64,000 nt of DNA from positions 129,357 to 193,356 of the forward strand of contig JACPKY010000001.1 of NCBI GenBank assembly GCA_016186795.1. The letters are read 5' to 3'. Source of the stretch: Candidatus Gottesmanbacteria bacterium. GTDB taxonomy: Bacteria; Patescibacteriota; Microgenomatia; 2-02-FULL-39-11. Below the pieces are notes generated by a model, which saw only the letters and a list, made by a program, of their open reading frames with translations, was not told the origin of the DNA and did no database searches. The stretch's first letter is position 1. Every line of letters begins with the position of its first letter. Shown here in pieces: positions 50,937 through 64,000 of the stretch. A program made the translations under genes and the position numbers.

Positions 50937-51467
50937 GGTTCTCCTCCTTTGGTGAGAACGAACTGAATTGGGGTTTGATTGAATTGATAAACGACGTGCA
51001 ACGAACCCGCTGGATCCTTGCTTTAAGCCATATTGATTGTCTTCTCGACTCTCCCGACTCAGTCGGGATCGCTCGAAGAATAAAGACCCAAGGGGTTCGC
51101 TGCACTTCCCGTCTTGCTGGCTTGTTAAAGAACTGGTCTTTCTTTATGATTTCATTAACATTATATTATACCATCCTGAGGCTAATTATTCAATACTATA
51201 GGATTATTAAGGGGTCCTTAGAGATAAGACTTCTATCTCAACAAAGGGGAAATCTTTTTTGTTTTCAGTAAGGATGCTTTTTACCTATAAATATCTACTC
51301 TTCTTAAACTTCCCCTTATTCCTCCCAATTTATAACCACCAATTTTGAGTATTTTATAAGGCTTCTTTACTATTTTCCTTATTATTTTAACAGTATTAGT
51401 CATTCTTTATTTCCTTCTTAATATATAGAGAGATTGCAATAAATACAGGAATATTGTCAATACGCTG

Positions 51468-53990
51468 TTAAACTACAAAATTAATGAGTTTCCCGGGGAC
51501 AAAAACGGTTTTGCGGATGGTTTTTCCTTCCAAATGCTTTTGCACTTTGGCTGACGATTTAGCTTTCTTCTCTACTTCCTCCTGAAGGGCTGCTTTTGGA
51601 GACTGGATACTAAATGAATCTCTTAATCTTCCATTAATCTGAACGACTATAATTGTTTGATCCTCGACAAGGAATTTCTCATCATATGATGGCCAAGGAT
51701 ATTTGTGAATCGAGTTAAATACTTCCTTTTCTGTTTTCTGTTTACTGTTTACTGTTAACTGAATTTCCTGCCACAGCTCTTCTGTCATATGTGGAGCAAA
51801 GGGAGCAAGAAGCAGTAACAAGCTTTTTATATGTTTTTCTGTTATCTGTCCGTCAGCTGGCGGATTGTTTTCTGTTAACTGATTTACATACTCCATGATG
51901 TGGGCAATTGCGGTATTGTAGCGAAGATTTTCTAGATCTTCGGTGACTTCTTTGATACAACGGTGCATGGCTTTTGTATTTTTGAGATTCTTCGTCCCGA
52001 TAGTATCGGGATTCAGAATGACACTATTTGCAAGGCGCCAAACACGACTCAAGAATTTGTACATCCCGGCAATTCCTGTGTCTCTGAAATCCCCACCATG
52101 ATCAAACGGGCCCAAAAACATAAGGTACGTCCGAAGTGTATCTGCTCCGTATTTTTTGATGTAGCTATCAGGAATGATGACATTTCCTCGAGACTTACTC
52201 ATCTTGGCTCCTTCTGCAATAATAAGACCATGGGCATAAAATCTCGTAAACGGTTCATCGAAATCCAAAAGCCCCATATCGTGAAATACCATCGTAATGA
52301 ACCGGGAATACAGAAGATGGAGGACTGAATGCTCTGCACCCCCAATATATATATTTACAGGAAGCCATTTTTTGGTAATTTCCGGATCCCAAGGGACTTG
52401 TCCTGAGGCAGCGCAGCGAGTCGAAGGATATCGAAACTGATACCACGCGCTATCAAGAAATGTATCCGACACATCAGTCTCCCGACGTGCTTGACCTCCG
52501 CAGTGAGGACATTTCACGTGATAAAAATCTGGATCCTGAGCAAGAGGCGCTTTCCCTGTTCCGGTGGGTTGGTAATTTTTTATAAAAGGAAGTTTCACTG
52601 GAAGATCTTCTTCGGCAACTGGATACCACTTTTTGCATGCATCGCAATAAATCATGGGAATCGGCGGACCCCAGTAGCGCTGTCGTGAGATGCACCAATC
52701 GCGAAGATGCATGGTCACTGTTTTTTTACCATTTCCCTTATTTATAATGTAATCGGCAATTAAACCCTTGGCTTTCTCTGTCGGCATGCCCGTAAACTCC
52801 CCTGCTTTTTCCATGACTCCTTCCCCAATGTAGGCATGATCCAATTTTTTGGGATCAAGGGGTTTCCCGTCTTTTGGGACGATAACTGGGACAATGGGAA
52901 GGTCATATTTTTTGGCAAACTCAAAATCTTTCTGGTCGTGAGCAGGGTTGCATTTAACAATTCCTGTACCAAACTCCATCACTGCGAAGTTAGCGATAAA
53001 TATTTTCATCTTCCATCCTGTCAAATGGTTAATCGCAAATCTTCCAATGAAATAACCCTTTTTATCTTTTATGGCGGCTTGTGGATCTTTCTTATTTTCG
53101 GAAATTACAATCTTACAAAATTCTTTAGCACCCTTTTCATAGGATGTTCCTTTGACAAGAGTGGAAATGATTGGGTGCTCGGGTGAAATAACAATAAATG
53201 TTGACCCCCAGGACGTATGCGGCCACGTAGTAAATGTAGTAAGCTTGACATCCATTCCGTCTATTTGCCAATCTTCCAATAGCCCTTCGGTTTTCCCAAT
53301 CCAATTTCTTTGGGCAACCTTCACTTTGTTGGTCCAGTTTAACGTCTCCAGATCTTTCAGGAGTCTATCCGCGTATGCGGTAATGCGAAAATACCACTGT
53401 TCCATCTCGCGCTTTTCTACAACAGATTTGCACCGTTCACACCGTCCTTCAATCACCTGTTCATCGGAAAGAACTGTTTTGCATGAGGGACAGAAATTGA
53501 CAGGAGACTTTTTGCGGTATGCAAGACCGCGTTTAAATAGTTGAATGAAAATCCACTGCGTCCATTTATAATAGGCTGGATCATAGGTTTCCAGTTTACT
53601 TTCCCAAGCAAAACCGTTTCCTATGCTAGTTAGTTGCCGATAGAAATTTTGCTGACTGACCTTTGCCTGTTGGGCAGGGTGTTTGCCGATTTTGATGGCG
53701 TAGTTTTCACTATGAATGCCAAATCCGTCAAGACCGATTGGTTCAAAGACGCCTAGACCTTTCATCCGCATAAACCTCCCATAAATATCTGCTCCGGTAA
53801 AAGCATACATGTTCCCAACATGAAGACCCTCGGCTGACGGGTATGGAAACATCATGAGGTTATAGAACGGCTTTGGAGCCTTTTTGATGTCCGGCTGGTA
53901 GACTTTTTCCTTTTGCCATTTCTCCTGCCACTTGGACTCATAAGATTCTGGGTGGAGTTTGTCGACTTTTTTGGGCTGTTTGAATGGCAT
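51468..53990 (-). CDS. leuS: Leucyl-tRNA synthetase
   Basis: MFPYPS.EGLHVGN, DWCISRQRYWG, GGAEHS, KMSKS. Confidence 0.97.
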   Translation of the reverse strand: MPFKQPKKVDKLHPESYESKWQEKWQKEKVYQPDIKKAPKPFYNLMMFPYPSAEGLHVGNMYAFTGADIYGRFMRMKGLGVFEPIGLDGFGIHSENYAIKIGKHPAQQAKVSQQNFYRQLTSIGNGFAWESKLETYDPAYYKWTQWIFIQLFKRGLAYRKKSPVNFCPSCKTVLSDEQVIEGRCERCKSVVEKREMEQWYFRITAYADRLLKDLETLNWTNKVKVAQRNWIGKTEGLLEDWQIDGMDVKLTTFTTWPHTSWGSTFIVISPEHPIISTLVKGTSYEKGAKEFCKIVISENKKDPQAAIKDKKGYFIGRFAINHLTGWKMKIFIANFAVMEFGTGIVKCNPAHDQKDFEFAKKYDLPIVPVIVPKDGKPLDPKKLDHAYIGEGVMEKAGEFTGMPTEKAKGLIADYIINKGNGKKTVTMHLRDWCISRQRYWGPPIPMIYCDACKKWYPVAEEDLPVKLPFIKNYQPTGTGKAPLAQDPDFYHVKCPHCGGQARRETDVSDTFLDSAWYQFRYPSTRCAASGQVPWDPEITKKWLPVNIYIGGAEHSVLHLLYSRFITMVFHDMGLLDFDEPFTRFYAHGLIIAEGAKMSKSRGNVIIPDSYIKKYGADTLRTYLMFLGPFDHGGDFRDTGIAGMYKFLSRVWRLANSVILNPDTIGTKNLKNTKAMHRCIKEVTEDLENLRYNTAIAHIMEYVNQLTENNPPADGQITEKHIKSLLLLLAPFAPHMTEELWQEIQLTVNSKQKTEKEVFNSIHKYPWPSYDEKFLVEDQTIIVVQINGRLRDSFSIQSPKAALQEEVEKKAKSSAKVQKHLEGKTIRKTVFVPGKLINFVV
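51727..51761. repeat. 5x heptamer TT(T/A)(T/A)CTG array inside leuS
   Basis: ttttctg ttttctg tttactg tttactg ttaactg. Confidence 0.8.
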
Positions 53991-54041
53991 ACGATGAGGA
54001 GATTATAAAGAGATTGAGGGTGTTTGTAAATGTGAGAGTCT

Positions 54042-55082
54042 CTAAATCCAACCGCGCCAACGAAATACCGCAAGCATACTTGCTGCAATGGCAAACATAA
54101 TACTTCCAATAAGAAAAAGGGCATCGGGATGCTGGGCAAAAGGGAGGAAGTACAAATTCATTCCATAGATATTGGTGATAAAGGTTAACGGCAGAAGCGT
54201 TGCGGAGAAGATGGTAAGGACTTTGATTGTTTCGTTTGTTTTAAATGAAAGATAGCTTTCAAATGTACGGGATAAATTGTCGGAGAGTTCATTGACGTCT
54301 TCAATTCTATCCCAGATTTTCCTCATGTGATCAGAAATATTAGTAAAGTAGGTACGCAGTTCCTTATCGACCAAAGTATGCCGAGTTTCCAAAAGATACA
54401 TAAATGAATTGACTTGTGGCTTCATAATTGTCTGAAAATAGGTAACATTCCTTCGCAGAAACGAAATTTGTTTGGCAACAATGCGCGGCTTTTTGGTAAA
54501 CACATCGGTATCGATAACTTCAAGAGCCTTTTCCACTTGTTCAACAAGTGGAAATATCGTATCAACAAGTTTATCGATACTCCGGTAGAGAAGAAATCCA
54601 GGTCCTTGGGAAAAGTAGGTTTGTTTATTTTTTCTTTTTTTGGTTATTGTGTCAATTAGATTGTCAAATGAGGGAAAGTCGTGATTGGAAATCATGATAA
54701 CGTCGTTTTTGGTGAGAAAAAAATCTACTTCCTTCGATTCAATTTTTTTACTTTCCTCATTATATTCCGGGAAATGTAAAACGAAAAAAATATAATCCGG
54801 ATCAAAGTCTATTTTTGGCCTTTGGATAAGGGAAATAACATCATCAAGATGGGTCGGATGGAAGGAGTAATGTCTCTTGAGGTAGGAAACATTTTTGGGT
54901 GTGGGAAACCAGATGACGATGAGTTTCCCCTGATCGTACGGAATGATTTTCATGCGGTTTTTATCGACTTTCGGTTTCTCGGGAGTACCCGGCAGGTGGA
55001 GAAAATCCCGAGCGCGACTAAAGGGATTGGTCACTGCGGTAAGGAAAGGATGAAGAGAGACCTGAGGAAGAGGTAAATTCAT
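54042..55082 (-). CDS. corA: CorA Mg2+/Co2+ transporter
   Basis: QRPKID, KVLTIFS...LPLTFITNIYGMN; start may be downstream. Confidence 0.9.
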   Translation of the reverse strand: MNLPLPQVSLHPFLTAVTNPFSRARDFLHLPGTPEKPKVDKNRMKIIPYDQGKLIVIWFPTPKNVSYLKRHYSFHPTHLDDVISLIQRPKIDFDPDYIFFVLHFPEYNEESKKIESKEVDFFLTKNDVIMISNHDFPSFDNLIDTITKKRKNKQTYFSQGPGFLLYRSIDKLVDTIFPLVEQVEKALEVIDTDVFTKKPRIVAKQISFLRRNVTYFQTIMKPQVNSFMYLLETRHTLVDKELRTYFTNISDHMRKIWDRIEDVNELSDNLSRTFESYLSFKTNETIKVLTIFSATLLPLTFITNIYGMNLYFLPFAQHPDALFLIGSIMFAIAASMLAVFRWRGWI

Positions 55083-55211
55083 ATATTGAGCGTAACGCAG
55101 ATTGAAAAGAAAAGCAATGAAGTTATGAAATTTTTGGGCAAAAAATACGCCGAGGGGCTAAACAGTTACTTCTTTGCTCTTGACAAAATGTATATTTTTA
55201 TGTATATTTAA

Positions 55212-55496
55212 ATGTATATGAATCTGACAAATTATATTACGACTACAGAATTAAGAACAAAATCAGCCGAGCTGGTAAAAATGCTAAAACAAGGAGTCGG
55301 TCTCTCCCTTATTCATCGATCAAAGATTATCGGCAAGATATCTCCTCAACTCCCGGAAGCACCACCTATTAAAGATATAAGAGTCTTGGAAAAATTACTA
55401 AAAGACATTCTTCCGGGAAAAATTATAAACAGAGGGGAAAGAAAGAAAAGATACCGACAATACCTGAAAGAAAGATATGGCAAGAGTATTTCTTGA
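55212..55496 (+). CDS. Phd/YefM-like antitoxin
   Basis: ITTTELRTK...IHRSKIIG; overlaps the PIN gene. Confidence 0.7.
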   Translation: MYMNLTNYITTTELRTKSAELVKMLKQGVGLSLIHRSKIIGKISPQLPEAPPIKDIRVLEKLLKDILPGKIINRGERKKRYRQYLKERYGKSIS

Positions 55497-55851
55497 TACC
55501 AACTTTTTCATTGATTTGGTAGAGAGAAGAAAAGAGACTAATTTACCGCAATTTAAAAATTATCAACTTTTTGTTTCTCCTCTTTCTTTTCATATCCTGG
55601 CTTATATCTACCGCTACAAATTTCCCAATACTAAATTTACTGATCTTATGGGGTTATTTACAATTATTCCTCTTACACAAACCGTCTTGGAAAAAGGCAG
55701 TCTGGGACCAACCGGCGATTTTGAAGACAATCTTCAGCTGCATTCGGCGGTTGAAGGAGACTGTGAATTATTTTTGACCAGTGATAAAAAACTTCTAACG
55801 ATGAATTATTTTGGGACAACAAAAATTACAAATTCTCTCTTGATAAGGTAG
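55477..55851 (+). CDS. PIN domain toxin
   Basis: VFLDTN, DFEDNLQ, FLTSD. Confidence 0.88.
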   Translation: MARVFLDTNFFIDLVERRKETNLPQFKNYQLFVSPLSFHILAYIYRYKFPNTKFTDLMGLFTIIPLTQTVLEKGSLGPTGDFEDNLQLHSAVEGDCELFLTSDKKLLTMNYFGTTKITNSLLIR

Positions 55852-55965
55852 AGTTCTTCTGGAAAAATTGTACTTCTTGCTGCTTTGGCAAATTCACTAT
55901 CTCCAGTCACGATGACATCCACTCCATCGATGACGATAGGTAAACTTTGGTGCTATACTGAACGT

Positions 55966-56505
55966 ATGAAAAAAACTGCCCTCCATATTCTCATCATGGG
56001 GATATCAGTTGCCCTTATCTTTCTCTGGGTTGCCAGTGCCGAACTCTCCTACTACTCTTTGCAACTGACCGCCATACTTCTCCTGACACTTATTATTACT
56101 CACAGAATCCTCAAACCATCATCGTTCAAACTAGCAGAAAGCACGATATCGACAATGGCAGTTCTTCTTATTACGAACGCTACAGGAGGACTGACATCTC
56201 CCCTATTTTTCCTCAACTACTTTATCCTGTTTGAGTTGTCCCTCCTTCTTGAACCGTTGATTGCCATTGCGGTGTCTGTCCTTTTTCTCCTTTTTTATTT
56301 TTTGACTGCTGAGGTTGGCTATGGCACACTCACCTACTTGGAACTTCTTGCCTTCCCCCTCATTACCCCGTTTGCCTACTTTTTTGGCTCATTCTACTTT
56401 AAATCGACAAATCAGAAAAGGGAGATCCGCACACTTTCCAAAAAGGTTGAGGTACTTGAGGAAAAACTCGTGTCTGAAGAAATGAGTCATTTGAAACGAT
56501 CATGA
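55966..56505 (+). CDS. Multi-TM membrane protein with C-terminal coiled coil
   Basis: TGGLTSPLFFLNY motif, about 5 TM. Confidence 0.75.
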   Translation: MKKTALHILIMGISVALIFLWVASAELSYYSLQLTAILLLTLIITHRILKPSSFKLAESTISTMAVLLITNATGGLTSPLFFLNYFILFELSLLLEPLIAIAVSVLFLLFYFLTAEVGYGTLTYLELLAFPLITPFAYFFGSFYFKSTNQKREIRTLSKKVEVLEEKLVSEEMSHLKRS

Positions 56506-57224
56506 AAAAAGCGTTGGTCATCGTTTTCGCAATGGTCATCATGTCTTTTTCTGTCAGTGGAAGTTTCGCCCAAGATATGTCCTCTGAATCGTTTCGAATT
56601 CAAGGCGGGAATTTCAATATGACCTCTGGAAATAAGGCATCGGAAAACTTTAACCTTGCTGATGTTGTTGGCCAAGTTGCTGCCCAAATATTTGCCTCTA
56701 AAGGATATATCATTAATGCCGGATTTTTAAATGCGGCAGGAGGAGAACTATTTGGGTTTAGCGTCGCTCCTTCGGTTTTGGATTTTGGCAGTCTTTCTCC
56801 AAATATTCCTGTTGAGGGAAAACTCACTCTCACTGTTAATATTGGCAATGTGAGTGGATACACCGTGAGTGTTATCGAAAACAACCCTCTGAAAACGCTG
56901 GTTGAAGCACAAATCCCAGATACTTCATGCAACAGCGATAGTCCGTGTTCGCCAATTCAGGCAGGAATGTGGACTGGTACAGGAAGAGCTGGCTTTGGGT
57001 ACCATATGGAAGGAAAAACCGTGACCAAAGACTTTAAAGACGAGACAGCATTTCGACCCTTTGCCGCAACAATTAGAAATGAAAGACCGGCACTTATTAT
57101 GCAGTCGAAAGCAAAGAAAGTCGCGGATGTTGCCCATATGACGGTGAAAGTCTTGATCGACCAAAATCAACCTGTCGGACAGTATAAAAATATCCTGCAT
57201 TTTACTGCCCTTCTTGGCTTATGA
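56502..57224 (+). CDS. Secreted beta-rich protein (WxL-like, tentative)
   Basis: Signal peptide; LDFGSLSP, GYTVSV, GFGY, GQYKNILHFTA. Confidence 0.7.
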   Translation: MKKALVIVFAMVIMSFSVSGSFAQDMSSESFRIQGGNFNMTSGNKASENFNLADVVGQVAAQIFASKGYIINAGFLNAAGGELFGFSVAPSVLDFGSLSPNIPVEGKLTLTVNIGNVSGYTVSVIENNPLKTLVEAQIPDTSCNSDSPCSPIQAGMWTGTGRAGFGYHMEGKTVTKDFKDETAFRPFAATIRNERPALIMQSKAKKVADVAHMTVKVLIDQNQPVGQYKNILHFTALLGL

Positions 57225-58165
57225 AATATTTTGCTTTTATGAGAGTTTTCAAATGGATTCCAGTTCTTATACTGCCAGTGTGGATTTTCTTTGCAAAAAT
57301 TTCCCCTGCTTCAGCCCAGACACTTTCACTTTCTATTTCTCCGCCGCTTCTGGAAGTTATGATCAAACCAGGTAAATCTATAACACAGGTATACAAATTA
57401 ACAAATAACGGAGAGACGACTATTATAACAGCAAGAATTGCCGAGTTGGGTGTAAAAGGCATTGAAGAAGATCCAACCTTTCAACTGGAAAACTGGATCG
57501 GACTGGTAAGTAGTGATACAACATTTGGAAAACCATTTCTCCTTGAACGTGGGAAGACGAAAGAGTTTATTTTAAAAATTAATCCGCCGGAGAGTGTTGA
57601 GGAGAAAGATTACTACCGAGTCCTTCTTTTTACCACGAAACCAAACCCACCAAGCGATAATTCCCAGTCTCAAATTGCGCAAACGCTTGGCAGTCCCCTC
57701 CTTATCACTACGACAAAAACTGGACTTCTGAATAAAAATGTGGAAATTGTTACCTTTGATGTACCTAAGATTATTGACTCGTTTGGACCCCTCCAAGCAA
57801 CAATCGCGGTTTCCAATACCGGAAGCACATACACGAGACCAGTTGGGACCATTACCCTGAAGGGGCTTATCGGCAGAGGGACGTTTGAAATTTCACCCCG
57901 CATTATTATGGCGGGCCAAAAGAGAAATCTGACAACAGAGATAAGTTCTAGTAACGATCCAAATAGTCCAACTATCGATATTTCCGGAATTTATTTTGGT
58001 CCGTACACGCTCACAGTTGACTTTACGCTTGATCAAGGAACAATAACACTTAGCCAAACAAAGAAATTTTATGCGCTCCCCTGGAAACTACTTCTTGTCC
58101 TTTTCGTTATCATTCTTTTTGTGGTCGTTGTTCGTACTCGAAGAAGGAAAGTTTCAAAAAAATGA
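57221..58165 (+). CDS. DUF916/DUF3324-like two-Ig-domain membrane protein
   Basis: LSISPP..E..IKPG.S......LTNNG; VSNTG..Y..PVG.I; C-terminal PW+TM+basic tail. Confidence 0.7.
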   Translation: MKYFAFMRVFKWIPVLILPVWIFFAKISPASAQTLSLSISPPLLEVMIKPGKSITQVYKLTNNGETTIITARIAELGVKGIEEDPTFQLENWIGLVSSDTTFGKPFLLERGKTKEFILKINPPESVEEKDYYRVLLFTTKPNPPSDNSQSQIAQTLGSPLLITTTKTGLLNKNVEIVTFDVPKIIDSFGPLQATIAVSNTGSTYTRPVGTITLKGLIGRGTFEISPRIIMAGQKRNLTTEISSSNDPNSPTIDISGIYFGPYTLTVDFTLDQGTITLSQTKKFYALPWKLLLVLFVIILFVVVVRTRRRKVSKK

Positions 58166-59046
58166 TACTATTATTTTTACTGACGTTACTATTTATTAAT
58201 ATATCAAACACTCCTCAGGTTTGGGCGGTGGAACTGAAGGATTCATCAACTACACAGGCGTTGATTCCTATCAAAACAACACTCCATGTGTTTGGCTATA
58301 CCGCACCGTACAGCATTGTCCAGGCAACTGGAATCCGGGTTTTTGCCCAAACATCATCAGATCGAATTGGCTACTTTGAGATTGCCCAATTACCTCTTTC
58401 GTATGAGACTGTCGATATCTGCTTATCAACAATTGACGGGCTTGGAAGAGTCGGCTTTCCCCTCTGTATCAAAGCACCCGATGAGAATGAACCAACCGAT
58501 ATCGGGCCGCTTCTTCTATCGCCCACGATTTCACTCTCCGCAGGAATTATTTGGGAGAGACAACAGGTTAGTGCAACTGGACAAACTATCCCAAATTCGC
58601 AAGTAGAAATTTCATTTTTTGAAGCCACGCCTGATGAACTGGTGGGAAAATTCGTGAAAGAAGCATACGCTTTTGGATTACCACTTCTTACCGGAAAATC
58701 CGACAGCCGCGGCTACTATAGCGTGAACCTTCCGACAGTGAAATCTTCACAGTTTCGAGTCTTTACGAAATCTTTCTACTATGGACTGCCGAGTCCCAAA
58801 AGTCATACGCTTTCTTTTTCTGTCGGATGGATCATCTACTATTGGCTATTGTATATTTTTCCAAAGCTGATGCTCATTCTTCTTGTGACTGTTGGAATGG
58901 CCTATCTTGTCTATCGTGAAAAGAAAACGAGGAGCATTAGAATTTGGGCTGTCTATTTCAACGAAACACGACTGATACCGTTTGAGATAAGAACACGTCT
59001 TCAACTGAAGCGGATATGGTATAATCTCCGGGGTTTGTGGAAGTAA
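58162..59046 (+). CDS. Secreted/membrane Ig-like protein
   Basis: Signal peptide, GYTAP, GQTIPNS, C-terminal TM. Confidence 0.7.
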   Translation: MILLFLLTLLFINISNTPQVWAVELKDSSTTQALIPIKTTLHVFGYTAPYSIVQATGIRVFAQTSSDRIGYFEIAQLPLSYETVDICLSTIDGLGRVGFPLCIKAPDENEPTDIGPLLLSPTISLSAGIIWERQQVSATGQTIPNSQVEISFFEATPDELVGKFVKEAYAFGLPLLTGKSDSRGYYSVNLPTVKSSQFRVFTKSFYYGLPSPKSHTLSFSVGWIIYYWLLYIFPKLMLILLVTVGMAYLVYREKKTRSIRIWAVYFNETRLIPFEIRTRLQLKRIWYNLRGLWK

Positions 59047-59389
59047 GATCAAAGAATGCCCTCCCAAACGTATCGGTGACTGGTTGTACTTGGCTCACGG
59101 TTAAGGGCCCTGAAATTCGAAGCTTTACCGTCTTTGTGGACATACCTAGACCTTGAGTATTGAGTAAAAATACCGTCACGCGGACTATTGAGGTGCCATT
59201 TGCCTGTGAAATGAGCGGTGAAGCAAAAAGGTAGGAATTCTCAAGAGACATTGAGCTTAATCCAGGGGCGCTCGCCTGACCAAAAAGAGAGGTTCTCGTC
59301 CGTGAAATGGTTATAGCCACAAGAACGAATAAGAGAGAAGATGCCAAGATACTAAGAAGGTAATAGCGGTGATAATCGAGCCGACCCAT
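58958..59389 (-). CDS. Bacterial Ig-like (Big_1) domain membrane protein
   Basis: TM; ANG.....VTV...G......TD..GRA.F.LTS..PG.YTISASV. Confidence 0.8.
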   Translation of the reverse strand: MGRLDYHRYYLLSILASSLLFVLVAITISRTRTSLFGQASAPGLSSMSLENSYLFASPLISQANGTSIVRVTVFLLNTQGLGMSTKTVKLRISGPLTVSQVQPVTDTFGRAFFDLTSTNPGDYTISASVEDVFLSQTVSVVFR

Positions 59390-60205
59390 ATCTTTATTGT
59401 GATCGACTTCTCATCACTCGTCAAGTGAGGGCAATAAGGGGCAAATCGAGCCTATCCGAAGAAAAATCGAATGAAAAAGGGGATCTTTTTTATAACCCTA
59501 TAGTTCAAAGTGAATTTGAACAGTTTGAAAGACGAATGCGAGAGAATAGGAAGAAAAAATGGGTCCAGAAAACAATCGATTCTGCCGAGAAAAAAAGTAA
59601 AACAGTCAATATTGAGCAAGAATTAAAGTTGATTAAATATTATCATAATAGGCTAAACTAATAATGTCACCTATTTAGCAGTCAACAATGTTGAGTGATA
59701 ATCATTGACTGACATTGAATTTTTAATAAATTGAATCGATTCTCCGTTCAAGACAAAATTACTCCTTTCGTATATATTTTTTTAGACTTATAGTACAGGT
59801 CTCTCCATAAAATTCACTCCACCACCTCTTATTACCGGGAATTATCTTTGCTCTCACCCACTTGTTTCTTGGAAACAAATTTTCGTTCTCTTCTTCGCCC
59901 CAAACCAACACTTTTCCTAACATGTGAAAAGTGAGGAAAGCACTCTTTTATTTTCACTTTTGAACTATATCAAAACGGACAGTCGAACGAAAAATAGAGG
60001 TTTTTGGCCGATGATCACTTTGATATATTAACGCATTTAAATTAATTATGCGGGAAATCGTGAAAATATCGTGAAATGTGTGTTAAGAGTCGAACACAAG
60101 TGAAAACTTCACTCTCTGATTTCCTATCTAAATATTACCTAACTAGATCATTTTCCTCTTGACAAGCTTATTAATATAGTTCTTAATAATTACAGGGAGT
60201 AGTAA

Positions 60206-64000
<3,795 letters not shown>

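Noticed and set aside
59425-59925. Small ORFs (59425-59661 + and a ~54-aa minus ORF) upstream of the giant gene
   Set aside because: Short, AT-rich and without recognisable motifs; cannot be supported.

Overview
Chromosomal window from a bacterium using the standard genetic code. By inference it belongs to the Candidate Phyla Radiation, probably Microgenomates: the mreB-PEGA-sortase cluster, split comEC, many Pro/Thr-rich surface proteins and mostly SD-less housekeeping genes fit that group. Housekeeping genes (mreB, maf, ndk, M16 peptidase, argS, PBP1A, comEA/comEC, leuS, corA) are mixed with two tRNAs, two PIN toxin-antitoxin pairs and many surface or hypothetical genes. Main unexplained structure: (1) seven dispersed transcription units share the layout sigma70 promoter -> boxA-like antitermination 12-mer -> long, often structured leader -> strong Shine-Dalgarno -> orphan gene, and four of them carry a (TA)CTATAGG promoter motif; (2) a >1265-aa ORF missing from the ORF track (60206 to window end) fuses two integrase SAM-like domains, through one TM helix, to a tail-fibre-like domain and a long Gly-X-Thr collagen; (3) a T-box riboswitch precedes an EamA-cyclase-argS operon; (4) short palindromic and heptamer repeats sit in frame inside leuS and a malic-enzyme gene; (5) a 35-bp inverted-repeat-bounded cassette follows tRNA-Pro. 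All calls come from reading the sequence by eye; no database search was run.
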